In this document: piece after piece, positions 9,813 through 19,588 of the stretch | Layout of the letters: every line of letters starts with the position of its first letter | How positions within the stretch are numbered: the first letter of the stretch is position 1 | Origin: a virus | Lineage: Duplodnaviria > Caudoviricetes | IMG/VR virus record: IMGVR_UViG_3300005663_000063 | Location: 1 to 50,596 of that record | Strand: one strand, 5' to 3' | DNA length: 50,596 nt | Notes under the pieces: generated by a model | The model's database searches: none | Seen by the model: the letters and a program-made list of their open reading frames with translations, nothing else | Told to the model about the DNA's origin: nothing | Program-made: the position numbers and the translations under genes

Positions 9813-10505
9813 TTAATACCTCCCCCTAGTTCGATTATAAATATATAGCATTTCATCAGTACTTAAGGCTCTATTGTAAACCCAAACATCACCAACGGAA
9901 CCTGTCAAAAAAGTAGGAGTATCCTTACCCTTACCTACAAGAAGGTCTGTTCCTGATGCTGTGTTCAAAGCAGCAGCACTAGAAAGAGCATCCGTATTTT
10001 TGAGGTCTCCATTAACATAAAAAAGAATGTCAGTGGCATCAAGGGCATAAGTAATCCCAATCAACTGCGAAATACCAGCTGTAAGGTTGAAACCGCTATC
10101 AGCATTATTGGTATGCCCACCAAACTTAAATTCCCCAGTAGTCTCTTGTATGAACAAACCACAATACTCATTATTGGAAAATGTGCCATAGACAAAGATG
10201 TGGTTACTCCCAACAACAAAGTCATCGGGCTTTACCCAGATTAGCATAGTGCGGGCCTCACTACCAACGGGTATGCCAGTTGGGTTTGTAACAGTGATAA
10301 CATCATCACCATCAAAAACCCAGCCATCATCACCATGAGTAGCACCAGTAACCGTACCCGTATGCCCATAGGGGTCGGGTGATTTAAAAACAGGTCCCTT
10401 CAAGCTCGGATGCCACGCTGGTAAGTGCAACACACAACCCCTAGGGATAGGATTATAAGACCAGAGACTCTTTGAGTATCTTAAGGCAATTATTTCTGTG
10501 CCCAT
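9813..10505 (-). CDS. LamG / concanavalin A-like lectin domain protein
   Basis: FDGDD, T...WVKP, FYVNG, G.VGDVWVYNRALS.DE LamG signature. Confidence 0.85.
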   Translation of the reverse strand: MGTEIIALRYSKSLWSYNPIPRGCVLHLPAWHPSLKGPVFKSPDPYGHTGTVTGATHGDDGWVFDGDDVITVTNPTGIPVGSEARTMLIWVKPDDFVVGSNHIFVYGTFSNNEYCGLFIQETTGEFKFGGHTNNADSGFNLTAGISQLIGITYALDATDILFYVNGDLKNTDALSSAAALNTASGTDLLVGKGKDTPTFLTGSVGDVWVYNRALSTDEMLYIYNRTRGRY

Positions 10506-11776
10506 CCCCTCCCTCCTCCTACTGCTGCCGCTGACCACTCAACATATAGTTGTGCTCCTAAGCTTGTACCATCATCCCAAGCCCAGAAGTTCAATACCTT
10601 TTCAACATCGGTGTTAGGTCTAGTAAGAACAGCTACCCTCGTTGAGGAATAGGCATCTGTTACTTCCTGCATTGGGGTAACAAGTGAGGGTGAATTTTTG
10701 TAACCAGACACCCCTCCTCTTATACCATCTGCTATCCATGAAACACTTGCCTCAGTCCTGTCCCTACCCGTAATGTCGCTACCAGTCGTAGTAAAATCGA
10801 CAGGTGCAGCCAGTTCTTCTATATGCAGGTTGAGGTTGGCATCATCTTTGGCATCATGGTATATATAAATCCTGATATAGCAGGTATCTATTGTATCACC
10901 AGAACTTATAGTGTCGCCCAAATCCCAGACTAGACCTGCCCAGTATCTAAGGCTGGCAGCATCACCTGAGTTTGCAACAATGGCAATGTCATCTATATCT
11001 ACAACACCACTACTCTCAAGCTCTTGGGCATCTTCCCCAGAAGCATCAACCTCGACATCCACTGTAGCATTCTTTAATAAGATAGGGAACTTCATATCAC
11101 TTAGGTCAAAGCCCAGTTCTAGTTGACCATCTTTAAACGACCAATCAAGCCGTCTCCGTTTAGGGTGTAACAAAGACTCATCTGCTTCAATGAGTTGTGG
11201 ACTGGGTATACCCACCCCTCGTTTTGATTTTAGGAGTTCGGCTATGTCCAACCCAGCAGTCTCAGCGTCAAGGACAAATCGCTCCGCAAATCCTCTAGGC
11301 GGTGCTTTCTTGAACAGTGTGTTGAAACGCATACCTGTATTAGTAAAGCTTATGATAATATCCGCCCAATCGCTAAGGGGTATGACAATCTTGTTTGGAA
11401 GCATTTGCCCATCTATCTGTGTGGGGCTACTGACTACCTTCTTATTTAAGGTAAACATCAAAGGTGCATTAGGTAACTTGAAATACTTGCTTCGCTCAAA
11501 CTTGTCGGGACAAAATAGCCTCGTCCCATTATCCTTAAACTCAGCATAGTAAGGAGCACCCTCTATATGCCAACCATCAGTATCCCTGACAAGGTGAGGC
11601 TTTATGTCCACCCACGGCTCAGTATCATCTACCCTCATCTGGACAGCACCAAGAAAACAATTGAGGGCAAACTTATTACTCTTTGCAACTAAGGCAGGTG
11701 TCGCTAGTTTGCGGGGTAATGTTTGCCCGTCTAGGGTTATTGGTAACCGTGTGAGCTTACTATTCCGAAGTTCCAA
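10490..11776 (-). CDS. Virion structural protein, hypothetical
   Basis: 428 aa in the tail module; C-terminal acidic beta-sandwich-like domain. Confidence 0.55.
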   Translation of the reverse strand: MELRNSKLTRLPITLDGQTLPRKLATPALVAKSNKFALNCFLGAVQMRVDDTEPWVDIKPHLVRDTDGWHIEGAPYYAEFKDNGTRLFCPDKFERSKYFKLPNAPLMFTLNKKVVSSPTQIDGQMLPNKIVIPLSDWADIIISFTNTGMRFNTLFKKAPPRGFAERFVLDAETAGLDIAELLKSKRGVGIPSPQLIEADESLLHPKRRRLDWSFKDGQLELGFDLSDMKFPILLKNATVDVEVDASGEDAQELESSGVVDIDDIAIVANSGDAASLRYWAGLVWDLGDTISSGDTIDTCYIRIYIYHDAKDDANLNLHIEELAAPVDFTTTGSDITGRDRTEASVSWIADGIRGGVSGYKNSPSLVTPMQEVTDAYSSTRVAVLTRPNTDVEKVLNFWAWDDGTSLGAQLYVEWSAAAVGGGRGWAQK

Positions 11777-12194
11777 CTTGCACCTCTAATCCTATGAACC
11801 TCAGATTGGCAGCAACTTCGACAAGGCGGTTATCCGTAAAGCGACTGAGTTTCTTGCCATAAGAATTTTTAGTGGATAGAATTCTCCCTGCTTTCCTCTG
11901 ATTACTAGAGGCATTGGGATTACTCAATAGACTGTCAAGACTCTCTGTAGTAGTTATATCAAATATCTCCTTTAGTAAACTTACCAAACCCTTACGGGAC
12001 AAGGCAGGATCAATTGCTATGAAGTGAGTAAACATTGCTCTCTGTCCCTGTTTATTAAAAACTGGGGGATTCTCACCCTCCAGTTTATAGGATTCAAAAA
12101 GGCTTTTATGGGATGATTCGGCATAGAGGTCTACCCCGATTTTCAGGAAACCACCCATCCGATGCGTTCTCAGTCTATTGAACTTCGCTATCAT
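11760..12194 (-). CDS. Hypothetical protein
   Basis: ORF track; coupled to both neighbours. Confidence 0.6.
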   Translation of the reverse strand: MIAKFNRLRTHRMGGFLKIGVDLYAESSHKSLFESYKLEGENPPVFNKQGQRAMFTHFIAIDPALSRKGLVSLLKEIFDITTTESLDSLLSNPNASSNQRKAGRILSTKNSYGKKLSRFTDNRLVEVAANLRFIGLEVQVGTSE

Positions 12195-12499
12195 TATATG
12201 TACCCCACAACGACCTTACACGTTCCAGTTGACACATCAAGATAAATGCCTAAGTCAAACTGTAAAGGGGGATCAAAAATCCACATACCATACCCGTCGG
12301 CTGGTATGTCCACAGCCCATTTGTCGGCACCAGTACCAACAAGACTATCGTTTAGTTCGATAGCCAAAGCCGCTGTATCACTCACCGAAATCCAAAAAAC
12401 ATTCCCAGGGTTAGCCTTAATAGCAGTATCTGTTCCTAGCACACCACTGGATGAAAGGTTATCACCTCTATCTCTTACAACTGGCATTACAGGAGGCAT
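12194..12499 (-). CDS. Small beta-rich structural protein
   Basis: GGAGG RBS; FDPPLQFDLGIY motif resembling small phage spike/decoration proteins. Confidence 0.6.
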   Translation of the reverse strand: MPPVMPVVRDRGDNLSSSGVLGTDTAIKANPGNVFWISVSDTAALAIELNDSLVGTGADKWAVDIPADGYGMWIFDPPLQFDLGIYLDVSTGTCKVVVGYI

Positions 12500-12514
12500 T
12501 TCTTTTATTCCTCC

Positions 12515-13207
12515 TTAATACTGTTCGACTGTCAAATCAATTCTGGTTGTTAAGTTCGTTCCTGCGGTAACGGCATCCCTGGTTACAAGAAGTGCATACA
12601 AGTCATCAGCCCCTGAAGCACAAGTAAAACCCAAGGGTAAACCACCCACAGTACTAGGGGTGACCAATGCCTCCGAATCACCACCAGTACCCAATGTCTC
12701 CAGAGACATGAAGTCTATCGCACCGATATAACCATCCTGGTCTGTTCCCTGCACGTTGTCGTTTACGACACCATCACGGATAGTTCCCCCGACTACAGTA
12801 CCAACATTGAATATAAGAGCCGTAATACGGGGAGATAAGAGAGTGGTGCCGAGGGAAAGATGGGCGTTGGTGATGTAACCACTACCACCATTTTCTCTAG
12901 CAACCGCAGCGAAGGCGGTCATAGTTCCAGTGGCGGTTGAATCACAAACCATCTCATTGACAGCATAAGCACCTGTTGAAATTGCTGAAGATGTACCAGT
13001 GATTGTCTTCATTTTACCAGGTACAACATCACCCTTGATTACCCAGTTCACCCCCCTGTCATGGGTAACAAACGTATTCCCCGTATCATACTCGTATACA
13101 GTGGAGCCTGGGGGGACTTGCAACCCACTCCCCTCACTAGGTTTAGTGGTAGCGGCTGTCAGAATCCATCTGGTTGGAGCGACTACCCGTTGGTCGGCTG
13201 TAGCCAT
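12515..13207 (-). CDS. Structural protein, hypothetical
   Basis: AGGAGG RBS; Thr/Gly-rich; 'GSTVYEYDTGNTF' fibre-type N-terminal motif. Confidence 0.6.
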   Translation of the reverse strand: MATADQRVVAPTRWILTAATTKPSEGSGLQVPPGSTVYEYDTGNTFVTHDRGVNWVIKGDVVPGKMKTITGTSSAISTGAYAVNEMVCDSTATGTMTAFAAVARENGGSGYITNAHLSLGTTLLSPRITALIFNVGTVVGGTIRDGVVNDNVQGTDQDGYIGAIDFMSLETLGTGGDSEALVTPSTVGGLPLGFTCASGADDLYALLVTRDAVTAGTNLTTRIDLTVEQY

Positions 13208-13221
13208 TTCGTTTTCCTCCT

Positions 13222-13872
13222 TTAGTCTTTGTTCACTCTATCTTTATCGCTAATATAAAGAGGGGCTTCTTCTTCAGCCTCCAGTGTAGCCTGTGCCTTG
13301 GACTCCTCAGCTTTCACGGCTTCCAATTTAGCCTTTCCCTTAGCAACCACATCAGCTTTTAGTTTAGATTCCTCCCCTACACTCTCCTTTGCCTCACCCA
13401 ACATCTTACCAAGAACAGCACGCTGGAGTGCCCTGTCTTCTTCTTCCTTCCGTTCTTTCTGCTCTTCTCTAATAACATCATATTCTTTAGGATGTTTCCT
13501 GAGCATGTGCAGGTTTCTTTCGTGGAAGTTCCTTATATTGTCTTTCTTGCAAACCCTCAATCCTAGAAAGTTATAGTGCTTTCTATCTTCACCATCCTTG
13601 TGTAGCAAGCACTTTACATCCCCTCTGATTTCTAACTGATGAGGGTCTTTAGTTGTCCACCTGCGTGAGCCATCTTCCCTTATATCCCTTAGTTTGGCGT
13701 TCAGCATATAGGCAAGAACATAACCAGTGTGGTAAGTTCTGGTATCCCATATCTGCACCTTCTCGGCTTCACTGATTACCTTTACCCTGCCCATCTCTGC
13801 CTCGGCGGGTATCTTGTCTGACATTGCCTCAACAACCGCCTCTTCTACTCTGCCTTGTGTGTCTGTCGTCAT
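13222..13872 (-). CDS. Hypothetical protein with possible Zn-binding motif and charged C-terminus
   Basis: AGGAGG RBS; C..H...C...H...H pattern. Confidence 0.65.
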   Translation of the reverse strand: MTTDTQGRVEEAVVEAMSDKIPAEAEMGRVKVISEAEKVQIWDTRTYHTGYVLAYMLNAKLRDIREDGSRRWTTKDPHQLEIRGDVKCLLHKDGEDRKHYNFLGLRVCKKDNIRNFHERNLHMLRKHPKEYDVIREEQKERKEEEDRALQRAVLGKMLGEAKESVGEESKLKADVVAKGKAKLEAVKAEESKAQATLEAEEEAPLYISDKDRVNKD

Positions 13873-13922
13873 TTTTCCTCCTTATGACTTAACCGTTTCC
13901 ACTTGCCACGGCATAGCTTCGC

Positions 13923-14237
13923 TTAAACTAATTTAGCCTCATTTAATTCCATGAAGTCCATAACATCTAACTTTGGTCTACCCCTTAATTCGTCTGCTAA
14001 ATCCATTAACTCATCAACTGTGTGCTCCATGAAACTTGGTATATTTATCTGGTTAATCCCCTTAAATAAACTAGCCAACCCCATATCTTTACGCCATTCT
14101 GCCCTCCTGCCATCCCTGATAACACTAATAATCTGATAGCGGTGGAATCCCCCAAAGGTGGGGGATTGCTCATGCCTTTCCTGTAACCATAAAGCCTTCT
14201 CGTTTCCACTTATTGTATTCGCTGCTATAGTAATCAT
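13923..14237 (-). CDS. Hypothetical protein
   Basis: GAGGT RBS; ORF track. Confidence 0.65.
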   Translation of the reverse strand: MITIAANTISGNEKALWLQERHEQSPTFGGFHRYQIISVIRDGRRAEWRKDMGLASLFKGINQINIPSFMEHTVDELMDLADELRGRPKLDVMDFMELNEAKLV

Positions 14238-14244
14238 ATTACCT

Positions 14245-14303
14245 CACCCCAGCGGGGGTTTCCCCCCCGCCGAGGATTAAAAGGGGGTCTCTCACCCTCT
14301 CGG
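14245..14303 (-). terminator. GC-rich stem-loop in an intergenic gap of the late operon
   Basis: GCGGGGG/CCCCCGC inverted repeat; weak U-tract, so it may be a processing or stability hairpin. Confidence 0.4.
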
Positions 14304-14308
14304 ATGAG

Positions 14309-14470
14309 CTATTCAAGTAATCTATTTATCAGCCTGTATTCTCCCTGAAGCCTAATCTGCTCCATCTTTGCCTTTCTTTGCTCTTCGCCTAGCCGCTCTA
14401 TTATCCCCGCTAGGCTTTGAAACTCCGCTTCTATCTTTTGCTTTTCCACTCCCAGTTCCTTTTTTGTCAT
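14309..14470 (-). CDS. Small coiled-coil protein
   Basis: MTKKELG start with AGGGGG RBS; overlaps the 3' end of the glycosyltransferase ORF. Confidence 0.55.
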   Translation of the reverse strand: MTKKELGVEKQKIEAEFQSLAGIIERLGEEQRKAKMEQIRLQGEYRLINRLLE

Positions 14471-15335
14471 CCGTACCCCCTTCTCTATTAAATCCTGACG
14501 CCATACTTTTCGGCATATAGATTCCATTTACTTGGTTCTCATCGTCAGGATTGATTGGTTTCCTGTCTGGTATCTGTCTCCGTTTCTTGTCAATCGCCAC
14601 CCAGCCTTTCCACTCAGTCTCAAGCCCTCCATAATCCACTGGATAAGTCGGTCTGCGTGTTATCGCTAACTCTGTGTTCGTATCCTGATAACCTTTATGC
14701 CCGTAATGTCTTAACTTGTTGAAGAACCCTGACTCTATTCCCACCGTATTAAAGGGTTGTGTAAACGGGAAACAATTCAATACTTTCGTGTAAATCAACA
14801 CACAGGTAAATACCGCCCACTGTATTGGTTGTAACCCACTGCCCTTTTTGTAGAATGGTGCACATATAGGTTTTTTGAGTACGCTATCCATTATGTAAGG
14901 CACAACAACTGGCATGTCCCAATGAAGCAACTTTAATAATAGGTCTGATTCAGGCATGGCATCATTCTCTATTAGCATCACCCACTCAAACCCAGCATCA
15001 ATGGCATACATACAAGCCGAGTCCCTCATCATGTTAAGGTGCGCAGCGGGTATCCCCGCATTGATGTCTGTCATCTCATGCAACCAGCAACAGACACCCG
15101 CCTCATTTGTCTTAACTACCATCTCTACGGTTTTCTGCCAAGCCCCTGGTTCCCACATCACCCCAATCGGAGCCACAAGGGTAGACCCTGGTCTTATATG
15201 GATGGGGCGGAAGTGCTGTGTCTTAAACGCCCTATCCTTCTCTACTTCATTGGCAAAGAACCTGAGTTCTATCCCCGTGTTGGCATTAGGATTTTGCGAC
15301 AAAAACTCTTTTTTGTCTTCGTCACCCATATTCAA
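14352..15335 (-). CDS. GT-A fold (family 2-like) glycosyltransferase
   Basis: 'MRD..C..A...GFEWVMLIENDAMP....LL.LL..D..VV' DxD-type region; 'FTCVLI..KV', 'YQDTN' typical of phage GT2-like proteins. Confidence 0.65.
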   Translation of the reverse strand: MNMGDEDKKEFLSQNPNANTGIELRFFANEVEKDRAFKTQHFRPIHIRPGSTLVAPIGVMWEPGAWQKTVEMVVKTNEAGVCCWLHEMTDINAGIPAAHLNMMRDSACMYAIDAGFEWVMLIENDAMPESDLLLKLLHWDMPVVVPYIMDSVLKKPICAPFYKKGSGLQPIQWAVFTCVLIYTKVLNCFPFTQPFNTVGIESGFFNKLRHYGHKGYQDTNTELAITRRPTYPVDYGGLETEWKGWVAIDKKRRQIPDRKPINPDDENQVNGIYMPKSMASGFNREGGTDDKKGTGSGKAKDRSGVSKPSGDNRAARRRAKKGKDGAD

Positions 15336-15356
15336 TTACCCCCCTTTATTTTATGG

Positions 15357-16124
15357 CTACTTCTGCCATGTTGGAAAGTATCTTTGAGACCCATCCTCAT
15401 TTAGCATAACTGCCCATTCAGCAACCGTTGTTCCTAATCCTGACACTCCAGAAGTACCAAAATCAACAATGGCTGTGCTCGTTGATTCCCAAGTAGCAGT
15501 ACCATCAAGTCGAATATACCCATGAGTACCAGTACCTTCACCAATACCAGGTGTGAGGATGACATCCCCAGGGTCTCCTTCGGCTACAGCAGCGGAACCA
15601 GCAGGACTATTACCTGCTACTAATTGAACGTCCCCACCATCAGCACCAGTTCCAGGCCCTGTGTCACCCACAGTACCCCCAGCACCTGCCGTGATAGTAA
15701 TTGACGCACCAGTCCCACCAGTAGTTGTAGCACCTGCCCCGCCATCTTCTGCCTTAATAAAGACATTTTGTCCCGCAGTAGCTCCAGCTTCAGCAGCTAA
15801 AGTGATAGCAGAGTCATCAAAAGCCAAGAAGTCAACTGCCCCAATTTGGATGGTTAGTGCCTCAACGGAGTCTATCACCACAGCACTACCAGCTATGGTA
15901 TTTGAAGTTACTTTCATCCAGTCTGTCGCAGAGCCTGTTCCATGAATATAAAGAGTAGTAACTGAATCCGCCGATAACGCCAAATCCAGTTCAGTGTCAA
16001 GTATCCCTATGATGTGGACTTGCTTTGTAGTATCGTCTGGGACTATGCCTAGAGTTCTCCCAAGAGACTCATCTCGGTAGAGCTTCTTAAAACCACCATC
16101 CCACGCCTTATCGTTTACTCCCAT
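15357..16124 (-). CDS. Gly-rich virion protein (head fibre/decoration-like)
   Basis: GG.I.I.AG.GG beta-helix-like repeats; follows the capsid genes. Confidence 0.55.
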   Translation of the reverse strand: MGVNDKAWDGGFKKLYRDESLGRTLGIVPDDTTKQVHIIGILDTELDLALSADSVTTLYIHGTGSATDWMKVTSNTIAGSAVVIDSVEALTIQIGAVDFLAFDDSAITLAAEAGATAGQNVFIKAEDGGAGATTTGGTGASITITAGAGGTVGDTGPGTGADGGDVQLVAGNSPAGSAAVAEGDPGDVILTPGIGEGTGTHGYIRLDGTATWESTSTAIVDFGTSGVSGLGTTVAEWAVMLNEDGSQRYFPTWQK

Positions 16125-16169
16125 TTTATCTCCTTGATGCGGAAGCTGTCCGCACCTGAATCAAGTTTA

Positions 16170-16196
16170 ATTGGCGGTTTATACGATACCGCCAAA
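16170..16196 (-). terminator. Stem-loop after the duplicated capsid-associated genes
   Basis: TTGGCGGT/ACCGCCAA perfect inverted repeat. Confidence 0.5.
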
Positions 16197-16200
16197 CGAC

Positions 16201-16965
16201 TTAGTCTGCTATTGATTGCTCCCAATAGGGAAGTTTAACAAACACCCCTCTGGCAATCCCAGCCTTATTCATGACATTTAGTGACCAGCAAAGAGCTTGG
16301 TCTCCATCTACTGTCGTGTCGAACTCACTGGTCCAGTGTTTGCCATTATGTACGGCATGGAAGGTTGCCCTTATAGGTTGCCCCGACCCCAAACTCTGTG
16401 TCTCTATACGCATCCAGAGCCATTTATCGGCAACCATATTCATGCCCCGCATCCTCAAGTTTGTCAGTTTCTCCTGAGTATCAACATCGTCATCAACCCA
16501 GAAAGCGTGAAGCTCATCGTTAGTCGCATCAAAGTCTTTAACAATACCAATAAATGTGGATGCTGATGACTGCCATGTAGCAGTCTGGAGTGAAACTGGT
16601 AAGTCATTGGATGACTCCCCCACCTCGTCATTGAAGCCGAAGTTGAAAGCCATAGATGAGGCTTGGTCAACCATAAGCATGACCTCAATAGCCTGATGCC
16701 CCACTGAACCATAGAACATCAACTGGTCTCCACATATCTCCATTACATCGTCATTAGTTGAATCAAGTGAACCAGCCCAATGCAATCCCTTACTGGCGCT
16801 TACTGACCGTGTGAACGATGTATTCCCAGAATCCATGTTCTGTATCCACGCTATCCCCGTAGCTTGCGATGTTCCACCAAGATAGGTTGGTAACCCTGTC
16901 CCCAAGTTGTCAACTGCAAAGGTTTCCTCGTATATTACTATTCCCTTTCTACCTACATTAGCCAT
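16201..16965 (-). CDS. Capsid decoration-like protein, paralog 2
   Basis: Co-linear with 16976..17737 from MANVGR.GIV.YEETFA to WEQSIAD. Confidence 0.65.
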   Translation of the reverse strand: MANVGRKGIVIYEETFAVDNLGTGLPTYLGGTSQATGIAWIQNMDSGNTSFTRSVSASKGLHWAGSLDSTNDDVMEICGDQLMFYGSVGHQAIEVMLMVDQASSMAFNFGFNDEVGESSNDLPVSLQTATWQSSASTFIGIVKDFDATNDELHAFWVDDDVDTQEKLTNLRMRGMNMVADKWLWMRIETQSLGSGQPIRATFHAVHNGKHWTSEFDTTVDGDQALCWSLNVMNKAGIARGVFVKLPYWEQSIAD

Positions 16966-16975
16966 TCATCTCTCC

Positions 16976-17737
16976 TTAATCCGCAATGGATTGTTCCCAC
17001 GCAGGTAGTTTCATGTATATCCCTCGTGCAGTCGCACCCCTGTTTGCAACACCTAGATACCAGCCCATCGCCTGGTCGTTGTCCAGTGTGGTATCAAATT
17101 CCTTAGTTACATGCTTACTACCCTGAACAGCATGGAAGGTTGCCCTCACACCAGTTCCTGAACCCCTATCCTGTGTCTCAACACGGAGCCATAACCACTT
17201 ATCAGCAGTCAAAGACATACCCTTCATTCTGAGTTTATCTATGGGTTCAGTGCTATCCACGCCATCGTCTGTCCAGAAGGCGTGCAGTTCATCGTTGGTA
17301 GCATCAAAGTCTTTAACAATGCCTACAAACGAAGCAACCGTGGAAGAAATAGTTGTGGTAGAGATTTCCACTGGTAAGCGAGCACTCCCCGTAAGGTCAT
17401 CATTGAGACCAAAGCACATAGCAAAAGTCCCCACATTGTCGAACTGAATCATGAGTTCGACTGCTTGCTGTCCTACTGACCCGTAGAACATTGTCTGATT
17501 AGAAGTAAGTTCCACTAAATTGTCATCAGTAGCAGCCATTGACCCAGCAAGATGTAATCCCTTACTAGCACTCACGGCTCTTCCGAATGGTGTATCACCT
17601 GTATCCATAGCCTGAATCCACGCAATACCTACGGCATCGGCGGTTCCGCCATCAACACCTGCTATTCCTGTACCGATATTATCGGCAGCAAAAGTTTCTT
17701 CGTATCTTACGATACCTTGTCGGCCTACATTAGCCAT
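16976..17737 (-). CDS. Capsid decoration-like protein, paralog 1
   Basis: Immediately after the capsid gene; paralog of 16201..16965. Confidence 0.65.
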   Translation of the reverse strand: MANVGRQGIVRYEETFAADNIGTGIAGVDGGTADAVGIAWIQAMDTGDTPFGRAVSASKGLHLAGSMAATDDNLVELTSNQTMFYGSVGQQAVELMIQFDNVGTFAMCFGLNDDLTGSARLPVEISTTTISSTVASFVGIVKDFDATNDELHAFWTDDGVDSTEPIDKLRMKGMSLTADKWLWLRVETQDRGSGTGVRATFHAVQGSKHVTKEFDTTLDNDQAMGWYLGVANRGATARGIYMKLPAWEQSIAD

Positions 17738-17809
17738 TTATTTTCTCCTTTATCTGGAGGCCTTCACCCCCAGCGTTTATCTGTTTTTTCGACAAAGGAT
17801 TATCCTCGT

Positions 17810-18688
17810 CTAGCTCGTGGGTGCTGTAGCATCACTTACCATCGAATAAACCCAATTGCTCAGTCTCTCACCATAAGCGTACTCGTCATAGTGATAGACA
17901 TGATGTCCACCACCACCACGCTTCTCGTTACGAACACTTACAATCCTTGCACCCCTACCCTGAACGAATATGATGCCATCTTTGGCGAACACCCCACCCA
18001 TAGCATCACCGCTACCATCTATTGAGATATTATTGTCGTTATAGACGGTAACATCAGCAATGGGTAGATTGAACCCATGCTTAAAGATTTCAGCAGTCGG
18101 GCCTTCCGTTACTATACCCGTGCCAACATTAGCAATCAGTTCATTGAAGAGATCGTGCCTTTGGAACGAATGTATGACACAATAGACGGGGTCTTTCCCT
18201 GGCTCAGTCGTGTTGCCCCTGATATTCTCAGCAGCAGAAGCTATATAACCACTTGCCAGAGTATTCCCAGCCCCTGGGTCAGATGTACCTGTTGCAGTAG
18301 TAAAAAGGCTTAATCCATCCTCATCTATCTTTCTCTCTATAGCATTCGCCTGAAGCGTCCCTAATTTAGAGAAGCCCATTTTGGTTATCCTTAACTGAAC
18401 CCTATCAGTAAGGAATGTCTCACTCCCGATTAAACTTGGAGTGATTGAGATGATTGTGTCAGACATCTGTTGAGGATTGTCCAGCTCTGTGGTTTCGGTG
18501 ATTGCCTGAGCTACCATTTTGGCATAGAGTATTTCCTGCCACGAGTTACCAATACCCTCACCTAATGTCTCCTTGGTGACGAGTTGCTTCATAATGCCCT
18601 CGTCTTCCCTTACTATCCTTGCTGAAGAACGGACATCATCCATACTATCAGCAAGTGCTGAAGTAGTTGTCCATCCACTGTTAGCCAT
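17810..18688 (-). CDS. Major capsid protein (HK97-like fold)
   Basis: 292 aa after the scaffold; 'ANAIERKIDEDGL', 'YCVIHSFQ..DL', 'YAYGE' capsid-like pattern. Confidence 0.8.
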   Translation of the reverse strand: MANSGWTTTSALADSMDDVRSSARIVREDEGIMKQLVTKETLGEGIGNSWQEILYAKMVAQAITETTELDNPQQMSDTIISITPSLIGSETFLTDRVQLRITKMGFSKLGTLQANAIERKIDEDGLSLFTTATGTSDPGAGNTLASGYIASAAENIRGNTTEPGKDPVYCVIHSFQRHDLFNELIANVGTGIVTEGPTAEIFKHGFNLPIADVTVYNDNNISIDGSGDAMGGVFAKDGIIFVQGRGARIVSVRNEKRGGGGHHVYHYDEYAYGERLSNWVYSMVSDATAPTS

Positions 18689-18698
18689 ATTTTATCTC

Positions 18699-19457
18699 CT
18701 AATATTTCGCTTGTATTTGTTTCAACCGAGCACGGTTTTCCTTGGTGAGTGAGAGACTTGCGTCCCCCATCCCCGCCATAAAATCCGCATCCGATTGATT
18801 AACCACACCAGCTCCTCCGCTAGTGTCATGAGAGTCAAGATTATGTTCTTTGCGAAATTCGGTTTCCAATTGCTTAAACCGCTCTTCCGCTTTCCCAACT
18901 AAGGTCTTCTCCTTATCTTCCCTGTCAGAGTTGAGTATCTTTGCCACAGAAGCATCGAGTTTATTTCTAGCCTCAACGTAATCCCGTGAACCTTCTCCCC
19001 AATCTAACCTCTTGTCATCCCTTAGGATGCCAAGACTTTCCAGATGGCTGAAAACCCCATCGTTCATCCTTTGATAGAAAGCATCAGTCTGTTGTTTCTG
19101 TGTCTCCTCCTGCATGGTTGAACGATTATACTTGTCTTGCTCTCTGAATCTTGCCAGTTCTATATCTTTTTGAACTTCCTCATCGAGACCCTTAAAACTG
19201 GTTTCGTAGGCACGGACATCACTTTCAGCCCGTTGCCTAGACTGTTTTTCAAGTCTATTAGATTCTTGCTGGCGTTGCAATTCCCTGCGGCCAACCTCTT
19301 TCGCATCCAGTACCGCCTTAGCAGTAGCCTCGGCTATTAACTCTTGTACCCTTTCCTCAGTAAGGGTTGCTTTCTCTTCACCCTCTGTTTCTACAGCGGG
19401 TGGAGAAGTGTCGCCCTCAAGCGTTTGCTCCTCAATCACGGTATTTTTTTCCGTCAT
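18699..19457 (-). CDS. Capsid scaffolding protein
   Basis: Acidic N-terminus, coiled coil, directly upstream of the capsid gene; AGGAGG RBS. Confidence 0.7.
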   Translation of the reverse strand: MTEKNTVIEEQTLEGDTSPPAVETEGEEKATLTEERVQELIAEATAKAVLDAKEVGRRELQRQQESNRLEKQSRQRAESDVRAYETSFKGLDEEVQKDIELARFREQDKYNRSTMQEETQKQQTDAFYQRMNDGVFSHLESLGILRDDKRLDWGEGSRDYVEARNKLDASVAKILNSDREDKEKTLVGKAEERFKQLETEFRKEHNLDSHDTSGGAGVVNQSDADFMAGMGDASLSLTKENRARLKQIQAKY

Positions 19458-19470
19458 ATCTCCTCCTTTG

Positions 19471-19517
19471 AAAATAAAAAGCCCACACCGAGCGTCTTGC
19501 GCTTCAAAATGTGAGCT
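19471..19517 (-). terminator. Terminator/attenuator-like hairpin in the scaffold-capsid leader
   Basis: Minus strand AGCTCACAT...AGCG-CAAGA-CGCT...GTGTGGGCT followed by TTTTATTTT, just before the RBS. Confidence 0.55.
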
Positions 19518-19559
19518 TCTACGAGCTTCTAAATATTCTATTTTTAATGTACTTCAAAC

Positions 19560-19588
19560 AGTATACACTATAAATCAACTCTTGTCAA
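19560..19588 (-). promoter_or_regulatory. Sigma70-type promoter for the scaffold/capsid operon
   Basis: TTGACA-17 nt-TATACT on the minus strand. Confidence 0.75.

Noticed and set aside
6553-11776. Diversity-generating retroelement acting on tail proteins
   Set aside because: No reverse transcriptase and no adenine-specific TR/VR pair seen
14309-14527. Programmed frameshift between the glycosyltransferase and the overlapping coiled-coil ORF
   Set aside because: The small ORF has its own RBS and ATG at 14470, so a simple overlap explains it
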